Assembly: GCA_964187785.1 (NCBI GenBank)
Contig: OZ076413.1
Coordinates: forward strand, 24,800,001 to 24,864,000
Source: Amphiscolops sp. MND2022
Taxonomy: Eukaryota
DNA length: 64,000 nt
Reading direction: 5' to 3'
Below, in pieces: positions 62,581 through 64,000 of this stretch. Both the position numbers and the translations under genes were made by a program. Within the stretch, counting starts at the first letter, position 1; each line of letters begins with the position of its first letter. The notes beneath the pieces were generated by a model. It was not told the origin of the DNA and ran no database searches. It worked only from the letters and a program-made list of their open reading frames with translations.

Positions 62581-62654
62581 GTCCCTATGGCACAGTGGTC
62601 AACACTTGTGCCGTGCAATCGAGAGGCTGCAGGTTCGAATCTCTCTGGGGTTTT
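62581..62654 (+). other. tRNA-like element (tRNA pseudogene or SINE head)
   Basis: A-box TGGCACAGTGG and B-box GGTTCGAATC at tRNA spacing; T-stem and anticodon stem pair poorly. Confidence 0.5.
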
Positions 62655-62871
62655 GGCTTTTTTCTAAAAGGCGCTCATTATGAAGTTGACTATTGTGGAA
62701 AAAAAAACTTACTTAGCTGGATTTCAATGCACATTGACTTCGTCATGTGCAATTAAAATGAAAGAATCATCAAAAGAACCCCCAATACAGGGTCAACGAT
62801 CATTTCAGTACCAGAGATAACAATTGACAAGATAGACAGTTTATGGATTTGTATGTGAAACAATTTGAAAT

Positions 62872-64000
62872 TTATAGAGGTCCCTCTCTTCGATGAGTTT
62901 TACGGTGTCTGTAATACTGAGATCTGTTGGTGCAGATAGCATCACAATGTTCACACTTCTTGAAAACCGTTTCTCCAGTATGCGATCTCATATGGTATTT
63001 CAGATCAGTTATTCGAATGAATCCGGCATCGCAAATATTGCATTGGAAAGGCCTTTCTCCGGTGTGTATTTTCTCGTGAGATTGCAATACATGAGCAGAA
63101 GCCAACTTGGCATCGCAGTATTGACAAGCGAAAGGTTTTTCTCCGGTGTGCGTCAACGTGTGTTTTTGCAAAGCGACCTTTACACGGAACCTGGCGCTAC
63201 AAAAATTGCACTGGAAGGGTTTTTCTCCAGTGTGAATTAGTTCATGACGCTTCAAACTACAAAGACTCCTGCATTTGACGTAACAATACTGGCATGCATG
63301 CTTGGCAGAGCAGTATGCGACATGTCGGTGGAACTGAATTCTATCAGGGAAGGTAGCACGACAATTTTGGCATTTCTTCTTCAAATCAGTTTTCCCCGTG
63401 TGTACTCTCAGATGGAGTTTGAGTCCGGAACTTTGGATAAACGTGGCATCACAAAATTGGCATTTGAAAGGCTTTTCTCCGGTGTGAACTCTTTCGTGAT
63501 ACTTCATACCAACACTACTAGAAAGAGTAGCAGGGCATAATTGACATTTGAATGTCTCTCCACTATGTTTAGTTTCGTGGTACTTCAAATGAGATCTATT
63601 GGTGAATTTAGCACCACATAACTGACATTCATAGGGTTTCTCACCGGTGTGTTTTCTCACATGACCTTCCACACAAACCATTACTGCTGACAAATTTAGC
63701 GCCACAATATTGGCATACCAGAGACTGTCCATCAATTTTACCGAGACTCAAACCCGGCTTGAGATCACCCTGCTTGCAGTCAAAAGACTGTTCTCTAGTG
63801 TGGATTCTTTCGTGAACTTTCATATTGTAAGAACGAGCGAACTTGGCATCACAGTACTGACATGTGAACGGTTTCTCCACGATGTGTAATTTCTTATGAC
63901 GTTTCATATCGGAAGCACGGGCAAACTTCGCATCACAGTATTGGCATTGGTAAGGCATTTCTCGGGTGTGAATTCTTTCATGACGATTCCTACTCTTAGT
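62872..64000 (-). CDS. Tandem C2H2 zinc-finger gene (>=12 fingers, TGEKP linkers); continues beyond the right edge and has a 4-bp frameshift at 63670-63673
   Basis: ORFs 63641..63958 and 62872..63735. The frame is open to base 64000 (..RHERIHTREMPY). Confidence 0.92.

Overview
This is AT-rich, repeat-dense eukaryotic (most likely invertebrate animal) genomic DNA with no prokaryotic features. About two thirds of the window is two very large, decayed, related Ty3/Gypsy LTR retroelements lying head-to-head: element 1 on the minus strand (<1 to ~20.1 kb) and element 2 on the plus strand (~31.8-52.8 kb). Both share the order LTR-PBS-structured leader-membrane ORF0-gag-pol(PR,RT,RH,IN)-S/T/P-rich ORFx-env-accessory ORFs. 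The env motifs resemble chuvirus-G / class III fusion proteins rather than errantivirus F proteins (inferred by eye, no search run). The 3' regions are tandemly amplified: a >=3.8-copy 1.87-kb array in element 1, and 3.33-kb and 1.15-kb duplications in element 2. Between the two elements lies a decayed, intron-containing gene combining a SETD8-like SET domain with a tyrosine-recombinase domain (Crypton-like DNA transposon). The right end holds a pair of two-finger C2H2 paralogs (one pseudogenised), an L1/Tx1-like LINE fragment, a tRNA-like element, and a long tandem C2H2 zinc-finger gene with a 4-bp frameshift. All family assignments come from motif recognition and need database or structure confirmation.
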